From: Myxococcota bacterium
Lineage (GTDB): Bacteria; Myxococcota_A; UBA9160; UBA4427
Reading direction: 5' to 3'
Assembly (NCBI GenBank): GCA_036336835.1
Contig: JAYZFK010000062.1
Span: 96,001-160,000, forward strand
DNA: 64,000 nt
Shown in pieces: positions 50,085 through 59,696 of this stretch. The notes under the pieces were generated by a model. It had not been told where the DNA came from. It was given only the letters and a program-made list of their open reading frames with translations, and did no database searches. How positions within the stretch are numbered: position 1 is the stretch's first letter; every line of letters starts with the position of its first letter. Made by a program: the position numbers and the translations under genes.

Positions 50085-50940
50085 CGTCGTCCTCGCTGCC
50101 CTGTGCCTCGTCCGCGTCCACCTCCGCCTGATAGAAGTAGATGCCGAAGTTCATTCGGCTGCCCGCCGCCTCGGGCGCCGCTGCATCGCGCTCCCGCAGC
50201 TCGAGGGCGCGCCGGTTCACAGCGCGCAACGCCTCCATACCGAGTTCGCGTGACAGCTCCTCGAGCTCGCGCGCCGAAGCCTTGCTCAGGTGCGCGTAGT
50301 AGACGCTGCGATCGACGAACGGCGGAGCGCCTCCCTCGAGGTTGTGGGCGCCGGCGGCGATGTGGTCGCGCAGGTTGCGACCAAAGAAGTACGCCTTCTC
50401 TTCGAAGCCCCGGTCGGCGACGAAGGACTCCGTATTGAGCATCACGTTGCCTTCTGTGTCGACGTGCGCAACGCCGAGACGCAGCCACTCGTCGAGCACG
50501 GCGCGCGGGCGGATGTCCTTGCTGACGGACTGGACGAGGGTCTCGAAGCTCGCCCTGCCGTCGCTGCCAGACTGCCGCGGCAGGGGGCGCGGGCGACCGT
50601 CCTCACCGTGAAAGTCAGCGACACCGACCCAGCGCGACAGGATCAACGCGCCCAGCGAGGCCGAGCGCGGCGGCGAGTCGTCATCGTGCGTGAGCGCCCG
50701 AAGCCGGTTGACCTCCTTGCGGTGGATGCCGGTCAACAGGCTCACGCGGCTGTCGGTCTGGCGCTTGTCGGGCAGGCAGAATTCGGCGTCCGCCCGCTCG
50801 ACGTACACCTCCTTCAGCAGCTCGGTGAACGCGGGGTAGGTGAGCTGGTTCTGGAGCAGCAGGCGCACGAGCGGACGGAGCAGGGCGCGAAGCGCTTGCC
50901 TCAGGATCGCAGTCGTTTTCTCGGTCGGCGGCTGCGGCAC
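50077..50940 (-). CDS. DUF6502 family protein (N-terminal HTH-like)
   Basis: LLRPLVRLLL, TDSRVSLLTGIHRKEV and KDIRPRAVLDEW motifs. Confidence 0.85.
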   Translation of the reverse strand: MPQPPTEKTTAILRQALRALLRPLVRLLLQNQLTYPAFTELLKEVYVERADAEFCLPDKRQTDSRVSLLTGIHRKEVNRLRALTHDDDSPPRSASLGALILSRWVGVADFHGEDGRPRPLPRQSGSDGRASFETLVQSVSKDIRPRAVLDEWLRLGVAHVDTEGNVMLNTESFVADRGFEEKAYFFGRNLRDHIAAGAHNLEGGAPPFVDRSVYYAHLSKASARELEELSRELGMEALRAVNRRALELRERDAAAPEAAGSRMNFGIYFYQAEVDADEAQGSEDDDA

Positions 50941-50997
50941 GCGCGGAGCGCCTCCAGACTGGAGGACAGAGCCCCCGTCTCCCTATCGACACAGTGA

Positions 50998-51014
50998 GTG
51001 GGAAAATTTACCAC
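50998..51014. promoter_or_regulatory. 17-bp imperfect palindrome, candidate operator
   Basis: GTGGGAAAATTTACCAC, about 60 bp upstream of the DUF6502 start. Confidence 0.55.
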
Positions 51015-51044
51015 GTTTTGGGGGTCCCAGTCCAGCCGTTTCGC

Positions 51045-51647
51045 TCAGCCTTGAAATCCGCAGCCGAGCAGGTAGCGCTCGCTACTGCCCTTGCGCGTGA
51101 CCTGCGTCCGCACCGACTTCGCCCGCTCGAAACGCGAACGCATTCGCCGATCGATCGCCCGGGCCTCGGGGCCCTCCAGAATCTTGAGCAGCAGGTTGCC
51201 GCCCTCGCGCAGCAGCTCGGGCAGCAACGCCTCGATCGCCTCGAGCAGGCGCTCCTCTCGAGCGCGATCCGCGTCGCGGATTCCCGTCAACTTGGGTGCT
51301 GCATCCGAGAGCAGAACGTCACAACGCGACGCCGCCAGCACCTCCCGCAGCCGCACAGCCAGCGTCCGGTCCGCTAGATCTCCCACCAGCGCGACCGCGT
51401 TGGCCTCACCGAGCGCCGGCTCGATGGTGGCCAGATCGACTCCCACCACGCGGCCCCGCGACCCGACCACCGCGGCCGCGCACTGCAGCCAGCCGCCGGG
51501 CCAGCAGCCGAGGTCGATGACCCGATCCCCGCGGCGCATCAGCCGGTGAGCGCGCTGGAGCTCCTCGAGCTTGTAGAAGGCGCGCGAGCGCACTCCCTCG
51601 CGCTTGGCGCGCTGGTGGAAGTGATCCCTGCGCTCGTAACGGGCCAT
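51045..51647 (-). CDS. rlmE: 23S rRNA Um2552 methyltransferase RlmE
   Basis: RSRAFYKL, DLGCWPGGW, LSDAAP and SSERY motifs. Confidence 0.93.
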   Translation of the reverse strand: MARYERRDHFHQRAKREGVRSRAFYKLEELQRAHRLMRRGDRVIDLGCWPGGWLQCAAAVVGSRGRVVGVDLATIEPALGEANAVALVGDLADRTLAVRLREVLAASRCDVLLSDAAPKLTGIRDADRAREERLLEAIEALLPELLREGGNLLLKILEGPEARAIDRRMRSRFERAKSVRTQVTRKGSSERYLLGCGFQG

Positions 51648-51666
51648 TGGCCCCGCAGCCCGGGGG

Positions 51667-52308
51667 CTACCGCGGGGCGACGGCTGCGCGGATGCGAACG
51701 ACTCCGTTGCGGTGCCCTGGCACGCCGCCGCGCACGAAGATCAGATTTTGGTCCGCGTCGACCTTGACGACGATCAGGTTGCGCACCGTCACCGATTCGT
51801 TGCCCATCCGGCCGGACATCTTCATGCCCTTGATTACCTTGCCGGGGTACGCGCCCGCGCCGATCGCACCGCCGTGCCGGGTGTTCTCGTGGGTGCCGTG
51901 GGTACGGCGCTTGACGGAGAAGTTGTGGCGCTTGATGACGCCCGCCGTGCCGCGGCCCTTCGAGCTGCCGATCACGTCGACGACCTGCCCCGCCTCGAAG
52001 ATGTCGCAGCGGATCTCGCTGCCCACGGTGTAGGACTCCGCCGCCTCGGGTTCGATCCGGCTCTCTTTCAGGTGACGGCGCGGTGCGGTGTTCGCCTTCT
52101 CGAAGTGACCCCGAGCGGGCTTGTTGAACAGGCTGGCTCGGCGTTCGCCGTAGCCGAGCTGGACGGCCGGGTAGCCATCGGTCGCCTCGGTCTTGACCTG
52201 CACCACCACGTTCGGCTCGGCCGAGAGGACCGTGACAGGAATGCAGGTTCCTCTCTCGTCGAAGACCTGCGTCATGCCGAGCTTGCGGCACTGGAGTTCG
52301 ATTGCCAC
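51667..52308 (-). CDS. rplC: 50S ribosomal protein L3
   Basis: KLGMTQVF, DGYPAVQLG, SKGRGTAGVIKRHNF, GRMG and RGGVPG motifs. Confidence 0.96.
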   Translation of the reverse strand: MAIELQCRKLGMTQVFDERGTCIPVTVLSAEPNVVVQVKTEATDGYPAVQLGYGERRASLFNKPARGHFEKANTAPRRHLKESRIEPEAAESYTVGSEIRCDIFEAGQVVDVIGSSKGRGTAGVIKRHNFSVKRRTHGTHENTRHGGAIGAGAYPGKVIKGMKMSGRMGNESVTVRNLIVVKVDADQNLIFVRGGVPGHRNGVVRIRAAVAPR

Positions 52309-52391
52309 GACGGCTGCTCCATGGGGCCTTGGCAGGCGAATCGCAGAACGCCACCAGCGGGCCCGGGCCCCGGAAGGACCGGAGGGGCCGC

Positions 52392-52420
52392 AATATAGGA
52401 GGCACGCAACGCGGTGTCTA
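52392..52420 (-). promoter_or_regulatory. sigma70 promoter for rplC-rlmE
   Basis: TAGACA-N17-TATATT on minus strand. Confidence 0.65.
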
Positions 52421-52443
52421 GCCCAAGTGGCTGGCGGCCGGGA

Positions 52444-53556
52444 TCAGATGTCGATCCCGTAGAGCTCGGCGGTGTTCTGGTACAGGATCCGCGACCGCTG
52501 CTCGGCGCTCAGATGCCGGGTGTGCTCGGCAAGCATCTGCTGGGAGCGGGGCCAGGTCGCGTCGCTGTGCGGGAAATCGTTTGCCCACAGCAGCCGCTCG
52601 TGGTTGACCATGTCAGCCATCTTGAACACGACCCAGTCGTCCTGGAACGTGGTGTAGATGTTCTCTCGGAAGTACTCACTCGGGAGCTTGTGCAACTCGG
52701 CCCCAGGCTTCAGCCAGTTGCGGTGGCGGTCGAAGGCGTGATCAGCGCGGTACATGTAGTGAGGCACCCAACCGGCATCCGCCTCGGCACACACGATGCG
52801 CAGCTCTGGGTGGCGCTCGAATACGCCGCCGAAGATCATCGTGCCGATGATGTCCTGGTTGCCGCGGATGACCGCCAGGAAGCCGTTGATCTTCGGTCCA
52901 CGAACGCCGCCTGCGAGCGCCTTGCCATCGCTGCCGGTCAGGATGTGGAACGACAATGGCAAGCCGAGGTCGATCGAGGCGCGGTAGAAATCGTCGTAAG
53001 CAGGGTGGTCGTAGTCCTCGACAGCCGGTACGCCCGGCATCATCACGCCACGCAGGCCGAGCGCCTTGATCTGCTCGAGCTCCTCGATGCCCTCCTCGGG
53101 CGTGCGCATCGTCGTCTGGCCGAGACCGATCAGTCGCTCGGGCGCAAACGCGCAGTACTCGGCGATCCACAGGTTGTAGGCGTCGAAGCAGGCCTTCTTG
53201 TAGTCGAAGTCGGGGTGGTTGCACAGCAGCATCCCCGTCGACGGGTAGATTACCTCGGCGACGACACCGTCCTCGTCCTGCTCGGCGAGCCGGTAGCGCG
53301 GGTCGTGACCGCCCTTGTGCAGATCCTCGAAGCGACGCGGATTGTCCATTCTAATCTCGTCGGCGGACAGGCCGGCCGCGGCGACCAGGTTGTAGGGCAC
53401 CAGGGATTTGCCGTTGTCGATGACCATGACGTCGCCCATCGTCTCGTTGAAGTCGATGAATGGGGCGCGGCTGCGGAACTTCGGATCGATCCGGTCCTTG
53501 TACGTCCCGGGAGGCTCGACGACATGGGAGTCGGCGGAGATACAGGGGATGGTCAT
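52444..53556 (-). CDS. Amidohydrolase_2 family protein
   Basis: ISADSHVVEP, SFH and WANDFPHSD motifs. Confidence 0.9.
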   Translation of the reverse strand: MTIPCISADSHVVEPPGTYKDRIDPKFRSRAPFIDFNETMGDVMVIDNGKSLVPYNLVAAAGLSADEIRMDNPRRFEDLHKGGHDPRYRLAEQDEDGVVAEVIYPSTGMLLCNHPDFDYKKACFDAYNLWIAEYCAFAPERLIGLGQTTMRTPEEGIEELEQIKALGLRGVMMPGVPAVEDYDHPAYDDFYRASIDLGLPLSFHILTGSDGKALAGGVRGPKINGFLAVIRGNQDIIGTMIFGGVFERHPELRIVCAEADAGWVPHYMYRADHAFDRHRNWLKPGAELHKLPSEYFRENIYTTFQDDWVVFKMADMVNHERLLWANDFPHSDATWPRSQQMLAEHTRHLSAEQRSRILYQNTAELYGIDI

Positions 53557-53615
53557 GCGTGTAGCTCCCGGCTGAGCGGAGGGAGGCGCATGGTACCAGC
53601 TCGAGGGGCCCCCCG

Positions 53616-55265
53616 TTGAGCGCACTGGCGCCGCTTCGCCCGGCGCTCGTGCTCGCCCTTGACGGTGCGACCTTCTCGGTGATCGAACCGCTGGTCGCCG
53701 CGGGCCGCCTGCCCAATCTCGCGCGCGCAATGCGCGAGGGAACGCACGCGCCCCTGCCGAGCGTCGTACCGCCAGTCACGTTCCCCGCCTGGTCGTCGTT
53801 CATGACTGGCCTCGGTCCGGGCGAGCACGGAGTCTTCGACTTCACGCAGAAGCTGCCGGGCCGCTACCGGATCCGTTTCGCCAACGCCAGCGACCGCACG
53901 GGACGCTCGCTGTTCGCGCGGGTGTGCGATGCGGGCGGACGCGTGCTCGTGCTCGGAATGCCCGCGGCGTTCCCGCCGGAGCCGTTGGATGGCCTGCTCG
54001 TATGCGGCTTCGACGCGCCGGTCTCGAGCGGGACCGACGCGCGCAGCGCCAGCGACCCCGCGCTCTACGAGCGGATCGCGGCAAGGGCGGGCCCGTGGAT
54101 GCGGCCCGATCTCGACGAGAGCGCACGCGACCCGGGCTTCCACGAACGTGCCGTCGGCACGCTGCTCGCGCGCATCGAGCGCAAGGAGCGCTTCGCCCTC
54201 GAGGCGCTTCGCGGGCTCGCCGCACAGGGAGGGCGACCCGACCTGGCGATGATCGTGTTCTCGGAGAGCGACACCGTCGGGCACCACTACTGGCGCGATC
54301 ACGACCCCGCGTCGCCGCGTCACGACCCGGCCGCGAGCGCGACGCGGCGGGGAGCGATCGCGGCGGTCTACCAGCGGCTCGACCTCGCGTGCGGGCGGCT
54401 GCGCGATGCGTTCGGCGAGGAGGCGGCCTGCTTCGTGCTCTCGGACCATGGGATGGGAGGTGCCGCGAACACGGTCGTGCATCTGAACAGGCGACTCGAG
54501 GAGGCGGGACTGCTGGTGCGCCGGCGGGCCGGCGGTGTCGACGCTATCACCAGGCGCGTGCGGGACGCGGCGCTGCGCTGGCTTCCGGCGACGGTTGCGC
54601 AGCAGCTGTTTCGTCGCGCGCGCGGCGCCGCCGCGCGAGTCGAGAGCGCGGTACGCATGGGCGGCTTCGACTGGCGGCAAACTCGCGCCTGGTCGGAGGA
54701 AGCCAACACCAATCCCGGCGTCTGGATCAACTTGCGAGGGCGCGAGGCGCGAGGCTGCGTGGCGCCAGAAGCTTACGAAGCGACGCGGGACGCCGTGATC
54801 GATGCGCTCGAGAGCTGGCGACTTCCGGGGGGCACCGCTCCGGTGGTCGCACGCGCCCGCCGACGCGAAGAGCTGTACTCGGGGCCGTTCGTGGAGCGAG
54901 CGCCCGACGTCGCAGTCGAGCTCGCACTGCACGAGGGCTACGGACTGTCGCTCGTCCCGACCCCGTGGGCCGACACACCCGTATCGACGCGCACGCTACG
55001 GCCCGAAGAACGGGGGGGCGGGCGCGGGCGCGGCATGAACGGCACCCACCGGCGAGACGGCGTCTGGATCGACGCGCGCGGCGATCTGCCGCAGCCGCCG
55101 GCCGGGCTGGCCGCAGCGGCGCCGGCGATCGCCCGGGTCATGGGAGTCCCGTGGGCCGCCGTGACCGCGGGCGATGGCGACGGCAGCGCAGTGCAGCGAG
55201 ACTACAGCGCCGAGGAGGACGCCATCGTGGCAGAGCGCCTGCGGGCCCTGGGATACCTCGAATGA
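53616..55265 (+). CDS. Alkaline phosphatase superfamily / type I phosphodiesterase
   Basis: LALDGAT, PPVTFPAWSSFMTG, DTVGH, SDHG and GTH motifs. Confidence 0.88.
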   Translation: MSALAPLRPALVLALDGATFSVIEPLVAAGRLPNLARAMREGTHAPLPSVVPPVTFPAWSSFMTGLGPGEHGVFDFTQKLPGRYRIRFANASDRTGRSLFARVCDAGGRVLVLGMPAAFPPEPLDGLLVCGFDAPVSSGTDARSASDPALYERIAARAGPWMRPDLDESARDPGFHERAVGTLLARIERKERFALEALRGLAAQGGRPDLAMIVFSESDTVGHHYWRDHDPASPRHDPAASATRRGAIAAVYQRLDLACGRLRDAFGEEAACFVLSDHGMGGAANTVVHLNRRLEEAGLLVRRRAGGVDAITRRVRDAALRWLPATVAQQLFRRARGAAARVESAVRMGGFDWRQTRAWSEEANTNPGVWINLRGREARGCVAPEAYEATRDAVIDALESWRLPGGTAPVVARARRREELYSGPFVERAPDVAVELALHEGYGLSLVPTPWADTPVSTRTLRPEERGGGRGRGMNGTHRRDGVWIDARGDLPQPPAGLAAAAPAIARVMGVPWAAVTAGDGDGSAVQRDYSAEEDAIVAERLRALGYLE

Positions 55266-56044
55266 CAGCACCGATTGCGCGCAGCCAGCTACCCGAGCCC
55301 GGACCGCGTCCACAGCTGTCGCTGGTGTTCCCGGTCTGCGACGAGGTCGACAACCTCGACGTGCTGGTCGAGAACACGGTCGACATCGCGACCCGGCTGT
55401 GTCGGGACTTCGAGATCGTGCTCGTCGATGACGGGTCGCGAGACGGAAGCAGCGAACGAATCGACGCGCTGTGCGCGCGCGACGCGCGCGTTCATTCGTT
55501 GCGACACGCGAGCAACCGTGGCTACGGGGCGGCCCTTCGCTCCGGCCTCGGGTTCGCTCGCGGACAACTCGTATTCTTCAGCGACGCCGACTTGCAATTC
55601 GATCTGGCCGAGCTCGAGAAGCTCCTGAATCACACGGACCGCTTCGACATCGTGGCCGGCTACCGCAGCCCGCGCCGCGATCCGTGGCCGCGGACACTGA
55701 TTGCTTTCGGCTGGGGGGTGCTGGTGCGCGTGCTGTTCGGCCTGCGCGTGCGCGACATCGACTGTGCCTTCAAGGTGTTCCACCGACGAGTACTCGAGGC
55801 GATACCCATCGCCTCGCTGGGCGCATTCGTAAACACCGAGATCCTGGCCCGCGCGCTGGCGGCTGGCTATCGCATTCACCAGGTTCCGGTGACGCATCGT
55901 CGGCGTCGATTCGGCACGCAGAGCGGAGCGCGTCCGCGCGTGATCCTGCACGCGGTCCGCGAACTGTGGACGTTGTTCCGCGAGCTGCGGATCGCGCGCT
56001 CGCGCGCGCGCGATCCGGCCGAACGCCGATGCGCATCCTCCTGA
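55262..56044 (+). CDS. GT2 glycosyltransferase (DPM1-like)
   Basis: VDDGSRD, NRGYGAA, DADLQ and DIDCAFK motifs. Confidence 0.92.
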   Translation: MTAPIARSQLPEPGPRPQLSLVFPVCDEVDNLDVLVENTVDIATRLCRDFEIVLVDDGSRDGSSERIDALCARDARVHSLRHASNRGYGAALRSGLGFARGQLVFFSDADLQFDLAELEKLLNHTDRFDIVAGYRSPRRDPWPRTLIAFGWGVLVRVLFGLRVRDIDCAFKVFHRRVLEAIPIASLGAFVNTEILARALAAGYRIHQVPVTHRRRRFGTQSGARPRVILHAVRELWTLFRELRIARSRARDPAERRCASS

Positions 56045-57186
56045 TCGGAGCGTTTCCCTTCCCCTATCCGCAGGGATCGCAGGTGTTCGCGGCCGGACAG
56101 GCCGCGGCACTCGCGCGATCCGGAGTACAGGTCGCGCTGGCGAGCTACGGAGCGGGGGAGGGCGTACTGCCGGACGGTATCGATTGGATCCCATCGTCGC
56201 GCCGGTTCGCCCCCTCGCACCGCCGCTCCGGTCCTTCGCTCGGAAAGCCGCTGGCCGACGCGGCGCTGGTCGCAACCGTCGTAGGCGCGCAGCGCCGCCG
56301 GCGCTTCGATCTCGCACTCGCGCACAACGCGGAAGCCGCGCTCGTCGCCGCATCGGCTCGGCGTCTGACGGGGCTTCGTTATGTGTACGTCGCGCACACG
56401 CTGCTGGAACGAGAGCTATCGGCGTATGCGGCGCAACGACATCGCGCTCGCCTCGATCGACTGGGCAGCCGAATCGATCGCTGGGTCGCGGGCAGCGCCG
56501 ATGCGGTGATCACCTTGAGCCGGGCGGCAGAGAAAGCGCTCACGCCGTACGCACGAGGGCCCGTCGCGCACATCCCGCCTGGCCTCGAGCGGAGCGAACC
56601 ACCGAGCGAGTCGCGGCGGCGCGACGCCTGCCGTGCGCACGGACTCGAACCCGGCGGTTTCTTCCTCTACACCGGCAACCTCGACGGCTACCAGGAGCTC
56701 GACCGGCTTGCGTCCGCCGCCGCGTGTCTGGCCGAGGGCGCCCCGCCCGTGGTCGTGGCGACCCACGACGCGAGGGATGCGTCGAGCTTTCCTGGGCTGC
56801 GCGTCTTCGAGACCGACTTCGCGTCCGCCCGCGCACTCGCTTTCGAGGCCGCCGCCCTCGTCCTCACCCGCAGCCGGACGGGGGGCTTCCCGATCAAGCT
56901 GCTCAACTACATGGAGACGGGCCGACCGATCGTGGCCTTCGACGAAATCGCCGAAGGCCTGACCGACGACCGGACCGCCTGCCTGCTGCTGGCCGACGCG
57001 GGACCCGAATCCATCGCACGCGCCCTGTGCGATCTTGCTGACGATCGCGAACGTGCCGGCCGAATCGGTGCCGCCGCGCTCGCCCACCTTCGAACGGCCC
57101 ACGACTGGACCCACCTCGCGGACCGAACCCTCGGGGTCCTTGGCGGGCTCGCTCGGGGGTCGGAGGCCGGTGGCGGTCCCGGGTAG
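56029..57186 (+). CDS. GT4 glycosyltransferase
   Basis: YTGNL and FPIKLLNYMETGRPIV motifs. Confidence 0.88.
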   Translation: MRILLIGAFPFPYPQGSQVFAAGQAAALARSGVQVALASYGAGEGVLPDGIDWIPSSRRFAPSHRRSGPSLGKPLADAALVATVVGAQRRRRFDLALAHNAEAALVAASARRLTGLRYVYVAHTLLERELSAYAAQRHRARLDRLGSRIDRWVAGSADAVITLSRAAEKALTPYARGPVAHIPPGLERSEPPSESRRRDACRAHGLEPGGFFLYTGNLDGYQELDRLASAAACLAEGAPPVVVATHDARDASSFPGLRVFETDFASARALAFEAAALVLTRSRTGGFPIKLLNYMETGRPIVAFDEIAEGLTDDRTACLLLADAGPESIARALCDLADDRERAGRIGAAALAHLRTAHDWTHLADRTLGVLGGLARGSEAGGGPG

Positions 57187-57234
57187 GCAACCGACGCGGT
57201 TGGCGTGGCCCCCCGTCGCCCCGGATCGACCGAT

Positions 57235-58515
57235 TCATTCGACTCCAACCCGGAAGTAGTCTTGGTAGCGGCGAAGAGCCGCTCGTTCGCTGATGGGGTC
57301 GAGGGCGAGGTCGCCGAAGCTGTACTCGTGCTCGCCGTGCTCACCCTCGGGTCTGCTGGCGAGTTGCTCGCTCAGCCTGGCCTCGAACCCGTCCGTGAAG
57401 GAACGCTCGAAGCGGTCGTAGAGCTCACGGACGACGGCGATCGGATCGCTCAGGAAGTCGGCGTGGCAGCTGTGGTGAAGCTGCGGCTCGGGGAGCTGCT
57501 TCTCCTGCGTCCAGGTCACGAGGTTGTCGAACGTCCGGCGATACCTCTGCGCGTGTGCGGCACCGATCGCTTCGAAATCGACTGCGTCACTGTGCGCCCA
57601 GCGAAGCGTTGCAATCAAGCTGGTGAGCGATGCCAGGACCGTCAGCGGGTCGCGGTGCGTCACCGCCACTCGCGCGTCTGGGTAGACCTGGAACAGGGTG
57701 GGCAGCGAGTGCAGATGCACCGGTGACTTCAGCACCCAGGCTGCAGGGCCCGAGCGTCGTTGCAGGATCTGGAGCACGAGTCGGTGCATCCGATAGGCGG
57801 GCGTCATGTCACACTGCTCGAGCCACGCCTGATAGCTCGGCACTCGGTAGCGCGCCGTGAACTCCTCGGACAGGAAGGCGAACGACATCGCCGAAAGGCA
57901 CTCCTTGGGCTTGCTGCCGCCGTAGACATGGATGGCGAGCAGTCCAGAGACCACCGTCTGCGGCGCCACGAGCTCGCGGTCGGCCAGCCCGACGCGCGGA
58001 TCCGTTGCCGCGCGCTTCGGATCCGCATCGGGCGGCGGCAGCGGGCGCAGCAACTCCCAGCCGAGCGGCGCGCGATGGGCGGGGTCGCTCGCCAGTAGCT
58101 CGTGCAGGATAGTCGTGCCGGTGCGCGGCGCTCCCGCGACGAAGAGCGGCGTCGCGATCGGCTCGTCGCGCACGCCCGGATCGGCGCGCAGATACGCGAC
58201 CAGCTGCAACCTCACCTCGAGCAGGCGCAGCAGGAAGCGCCGCGTGAGCCAGCGACCGATCAGCGTGAGCTCGGCTTCCTCTTCGAGCGCCCAGAGCACG
58301 CGGTCGAGCGGCTCGATCAGGCCGTCCTCGTCGAACTCGGCGTGACAGAAATCGCCGACGCCCCCATCGACGAGACCGAGCCGCGCGCGCGCTTCGCCGA
58401 GCAACGCGTCGCGCTCGAGCGGCAACACTGCTTCCTCGCGAATGGGTGCGACCGCGCCCGCGTTGATCGCCCGCACCCACTCAGGCCGCTCCGGCGGCTG
58501 CCAACTCACGCGCAA
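57235..58515 (-). CDS. PAPS-dependent sulfotransferase (Sulfotransfer_3)
   Basis: GAPRTGTT, WVLKSP and THRDP motifs. Confidence 0.92.
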   Translation of the reverse strand: MRVSWQPPERPEWVRAINAGAVAPIREEAVLPLERDALLGEARARLGLVDGGVGDFCHAEFDEDGLIEPLDRVLWALEEEAELTLIGRWLTRRFLLRLLEVRLQLVAYLRADPGVRDEPIATPLFVAGAPRTGTTILHELLASDPAHRAPLGWELLRPLPPPDADPKRAATDPRVGLADRELVAPQTVVSGLLAIHVYGGSKPKECLSAMSFAFLSEEFTARYRVPSYQAWLEQCDMTPAYRMHRLVLQILQRRSGPAAWVLKSPVHLHSLPTLFQVYPDARVAVTHRDPLTVLASLTSLIATLRWAHSDAVDFEAIGAAHAQRYRRTFDNLVTWTQEKQLPEPQLHHSCHADFLSDPIAVVRELYDRFERSFTDGFEARLSEQLASRPEGEHGEHEYSFGDLALDPISERAALRRYQDYFRVGVE

Positions 58516-58525
58516 TCCGTCGGAC

Positions 58526-59695
58526 TCAGGTGCGAAAGCGCCAAGCCAGGTGCTCCTTGCGGGCGCGGATGTCGCGGCGCCGCTCCGCTGCGTCCACCTT
58601 CGGCGTGTCGGCTGGCAGCGCCGCGATCACATGTTCGAGCTTCAACACGCGGGTCTCGGGGCTGGGATCGGCATTGGGCCAGAACCAGCGCAGCGTGAGC
58701 AGGCCGTCGCGCCGACCGCCGGTGTCGAGCCAGTTGGGCACATGGGGATCCTCGTGCGCCAGGACGAGGCGCAACCGGCGGTCGGTCGAGAGTCGAGCCT
58801 GGTGCTGATTGATCGACGTGATGCGGTGCACAGGATCGACCTGCTCGAACCAGCCCAACGTCGCGAGCTGCAGATTCCAGTAGCGCGCATCGGGAACGTC
58901 CGTGTCGATCAGCAGCGCATCGTCGGGCGCGAGATCCCAGAAGCAGAACGCATAACGCGCGACGCCCAGCCCCTTGGCCACCTTCATCGGCAGTGCGAAC
59001 CGGTTGTCCTCTCCCTTTGCGCGGTGCTCGCGCATGTAATCGTTCCAGAAGACGATCGAGCGCTCGATTTGGTGGATCGCCAGGTCGAGCTGCGCCTCGA
59101 GACCCGGCGTCGCCGGGCGCGGCGGTGCCGACACGTCGTCGAGACACTCGATGGTGAAGACCGCAGGCTCCTCGGGCTTCCAGTCGAGGTAGTACTCACG
59201 CAGCGAGACCGTCGTCACGTCCTCCGCGATCGCGATCCAGTCGGGATCGCTGCCATCGCCGCCGAGCAGCAGTTCGAATGAGTCGCCGCGACCGATCCCG
59301 CGCTCGGAGGCTGTGACCGTCGCCTTCGTGCCCCACTCCTCCATGTGCATGAAGCCCACCCGCAGAGTCAGCACGAACTCTTCGCAGCTGTGCATCTGGC
59401 CACGGATGCGATAGCGGCGCGCGGGGTCGATGCGCGCGTGGTGATAGGCGTTGTCCTGGTTGGGCCCGCCCCACTGGGTCACGAGGTCGTTCGAGCGGTG
59501 GAAGAACGGGGCCGTCGTGTCGCCGTGTCCGATTGCCCAGCCGAGCCAACACGACAGCTGGTCGGCCAGGTGCGCGATGGCCTCGGGCCGATCGCTCGGC
59601 GTGTTCGGAAACTCGTGGCTCAGCACGCGCTCACCGAGCGTCCGGATCCGGTCGCAGAAGTCGTACCAGGCTGCCAGTTCGGGGGGCGCGGCCAC
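58526..59695 (-). CDS. DUF1214 family protein
   Basis: WGGPNQDNAY, YYLDW and DPHVPNWLDTGG motifs. Confidence 0.85.
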   Translation of the reverse strand: MAAPPELAAWYDFCDRIRTLGERVLSHEFPNTPSDRPEAIAHLADQLSCWLGWAIGHGDTTAPFFHRSNDLVTQWGGPNQDNAYHHARIDPARRYRIRGQMHSCEEFVLTLRVGFMHMEEWGTKATVTASERGIGRGDSFELLLGGDGSDPDWIAIAEDVTTVSLREYYLDWKPEEPAVFTIECLDDVSAPPRPATPGLEAQLDLAIHQIERSIVFWNDYMREHRAKGEDNRFALPMKVAKGLGVARYAFCFWDLAPDDALLIDTDVPDARYWNLQLATLGWFEQVDPVHRITSINQHQARLSTDRRLRLVLAHEDPHVPNWLDTGGRRDGLLTLRWFWPNADPSPETRVLKLEHVIAALPADTPKVDAAERRRDIRARKEHLAWRFRT

Positions 59696-59696
59696 G

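Noticed and set aside
53924..55261. 706-aa ORF as a GT2 fusion
   Set aside because: The N-terminal part is an Arg-rich off-frame shadow of the phosphodiesterase gene; GT2 starts at 55262.
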